DNA of 8,553 nucleotides from IMG/VR virus record IMGVR_UViG_2617270968_000006, one strand, 5' to 3'. Below the pieces are notes generated by a model. That model searched no databases. It saw only the letters and a program-made list of their open reading frames with translations, and was not told where the DNA came from. The stretch comes from a virus. Taxonomy: Duplodnaviria; Heunggongvirae; Uroviricota; Caudoviricetes. Below, in pieces: positions 7,196-8,553 of the stretch; positions within the stretch are counted from its first letter, which is position 1; every line of letters begins with the position of its first letter. The translations under genes and the position numbers were made by a program.

Positions 7196-7414
7196 ATGTT
7201 TCATTGTCCTTTATGCCAGCATGCCGCACATGCGCGTACAAGCCGCTATATCACTGACACGACAAAAGAGCGTTATCACCAGTGTCAGAACGTGAATTGC
7301 AGCGCCACGTTCATCACCTATGAGTCGGTACAGAGATACATCGTGAAGCCGGGAGAAGTCCACGCCGTAAGGCCGCACCCGTTGCCGTCAGGGCAGCAAA
7401 TTATGTGGATGTGA
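7196..7414 (+). CDS. ogr: Ogr late-gene transcription activator (zinc-finger), 72 aa, intact
   Basis: MFHCPLCQHAAHARTSRYITDTTKERYHQCQNVNCSATFITYESVQRYIVKPGEVHAVRPHPLPSGQQIMWM corresponds to P2 Ogr as I recall it, with Cys4 motif CPLC...CQNVNC. GAAGAGG RBS before ATG 7196. Confidence 0.9.
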   Translation: MFHCPLCQHAAHARTSRYITDTTKERYHQCQNVNCSATFITYESVQRYIVKPGEVHAVRPHPLPSGQQIMWM

Positions 7415-7424
7415 TCACAAAAAT

Positions 7425-7450
7425 AGCCCCTCAGTTGAGGGGCTTTATTT
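7425..7450 (+). terminator. Rho-independent terminator after ogr
   Basis: Stem AGCCCCTC (7425-7432), loop AGTT, GAGGGGCT (7437-7444), followed by TTTATTT. Confidence 0.7.
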
Positions 7451-7457
7451 ATGGTCG

Positions 7458-7476
7458 ATGTGGACGCTATGTGGAC
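7458..7476 (+). repeat. Two direct repeats ATGTGGAC (7458-7465 and 7469-7476); candidate integrase arm-type binding sites of the att P-arm
   Basis: Direct repeats seen in the sequence; they resemble my recollection of the P2 Int arm-site consensus (TGTGGACA-like) and sit where the P arm should be (just after ogr). A third similar copy, ATGTGGAT, lies at the ogr 3' end (7403-7410). Confidence 0.5.
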
Positions 7477-7542
7477 AGCGGTTGACATAAATCCATTTAT
7501 ATCATCAGGTTAGGTGCTTTTTTGTGACACCATCCCTGTCTT

Positions 7543-7569
7543 CCCCCACATGCTGTGGGGGTTTTTTTT
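7543..7569 (+). terminator. Rho-independent terminator-like hairpin; possibly the 3' end of the host gene at the att core
   Basis: Stem CCCCCACA (7543-7550), loop TGC, TGTGGGGG (7554-7561), then T8 (7562-7569). Confidence 0.65.
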
Positions 7570-7597
7570 ATCCTCAATTTGCCTGCTGCTTAATGCA

Positions 7598-7624
7598 TTG
7601 CAGATGATTTGCTTCCGTTATACT
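7598..7624 (+). promoter_or_regulatory. Weak candidate fieF promoter: -35 TTGCAG (7598-7603), -10 TATACT (7619-7624), 15-bp spacer
   Basis: Hexamer matches only; spacer is suboptimal. Confidence 0.3.
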
Positions 7625-7650
7625 AGCGTCAGTTGATAGCGGGAGTATTT

Positions 7651-8553
7651 ATGAATCAATCTTATGGACGGCTGGTCAGTCGGGCGGCGATTGCTGCGAC
7701 GGCGATGGCTTCGCTGCTATTGCTGATTAAAATTTTTGCATGGTGGTATACCGGGTCGGTGAGTATTCTCGCCGCGCTGGTGGATTCGCTGGTGGATATC
7801 GGCGCGTCGTTGACGAATTTATTGGTGGTGCGATATTCCCTGCAACCTGCCGACGATAATCACTCGTTTGGTCACGGTAAAGCTGAGTCCCTCGCGGCGC
7901 TGGCGCAAAGTATGTTTATCTCCGGTTCGGCACTATTCCTGTTTTTGACGGGTATTCAACATCTGATATCTCCAACACCGATGACAGATCCAGGCGTCGG
8001 GGTTATCGTGACAATTGTGGCGCTAATTTGTACGATTATCCTTGTCTCGTTTCAGCGTTGGGTGGTGCGGCGGACGCAAAGCCAGGCGGTGCGGGCTGAT
8101 ATGCTACATTACCAGTCTGATGTTATGATGAACGGCGCAATTCTGCTGGCGCTGGGGTTGTCCTGGTACGGCTGGCATCGCGCCGATGCTCTGTTTGCAT
8201 TGGGAATCGGCATCTATATTTTATATAGCGCGTTACGCATGGGATATGAGGCGGTACAGTCATTACTGGATCGCGCATTGCCTGATGAGGAACGGCAAGA
8301 AATTATTGATATCGTGACTTCCTGGCCGGGTGTTAGCGGCGCTCACGATCTTCGCACGCGGCAGTCAGGGCCGACCCGCTTTATTCAGATTCATTTGGAA
8401 ATGGAAGACTCTCTGCCTTTGGTTCAGGCACATATGGTGGCGGATCAGGTAGAGCAGGCTATTTTACGGCGTTTTCCGGGATCGGATGTAATTATCCATC
8501 AGGACCCCTGTTCCGTCGTACCCAGGGAGGGTAAACGGTCTATGCTTTCATAA
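7651..8553 (+). CDS. fieF: Cation diffusion facilitator family Fe(II)/Zn(II) efflux transporter FieF (YiiP), 300 aa
   Basis: Translation from ATG 7651 ([53 protein letters not shown]...) matches enterobacterial FieF as I recall it, including the HSFGHGKAE motif region and a hydrophobic transmembrane profile. The track start at 7633 is a TTG upstream extension. Confidence 0.95.

Larger units (their letters stand above)
1..7569. mobile_element. P2-like (Peduovirus-type) cryptic prophage remnant; left end (attL) lies at or beyond the window start, right end (attR) about 7455-7570
   Basis: Gene order int-C / cox-orf78-B-four small ORFs-A ... P fragment ... J-I-D fragments-ogr matches the P2 prophage map; all structural genes missing or fragmentary. 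Confidence 0.85.

Noticed and set aside
7415-7650. tRNA gene at the prophage boundary (common integration target for P2/P4-like elements)
   Set aside because: No tRNA-like cloverleaf signature (no conserved T-loop GTTCRANYC box or acceptor-stem pairing) is visible between ogr and fieF; the hairpins present are terminator-like.
1-8553. CRISPR array, IS element or known defence system (tin/old, restriction-modification, toxin-antitoxin, retron)
   Set aside because: No regularly spaced direct repeats, no transposase-like ORF or terminal inverted repeats, and no ORF with recognisable defence-system motifs; the expected P2 cargo positions are deleted.

Overview
Almost the whole window (about 1..7570) is a decayed P2-like (Peduovirus-type) prophage remnant, followed by the host cation-diffusion-facilitator gene fieF (7651..8553). 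The remnant keeps a complete, P2-ordered early region: integrase and C-type repressor on the minus strand, then cox, orf78-like, B, four small ORFs (one a TraR/DksA-type zinc finger) and the rolling-circle initiator A on the plus strand. The late transcription activator ogr and an attR-like end with arm-type repeats are also intact. All morphogenesis genes are gone: three internal deletion junctions leave only fragments of the large terminase (P), baseplate J, baseplate I and tail protein D. The usual P2 cargo position between A and the portal gene (tin/old in P2) is deleted, and I found no CRISPR array, tRNA, IS element or recognisable defence system. I do not see a novel system here; the most notable points are the apparent retention of immunity, replication and ogr functions while the virion genes were lost, the uncharacterised small early ORFs, and the att end sitting directly on the fieF upstream region. 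All homology calls rest on reading the translations and on recalled P2 biology; no database search was run.
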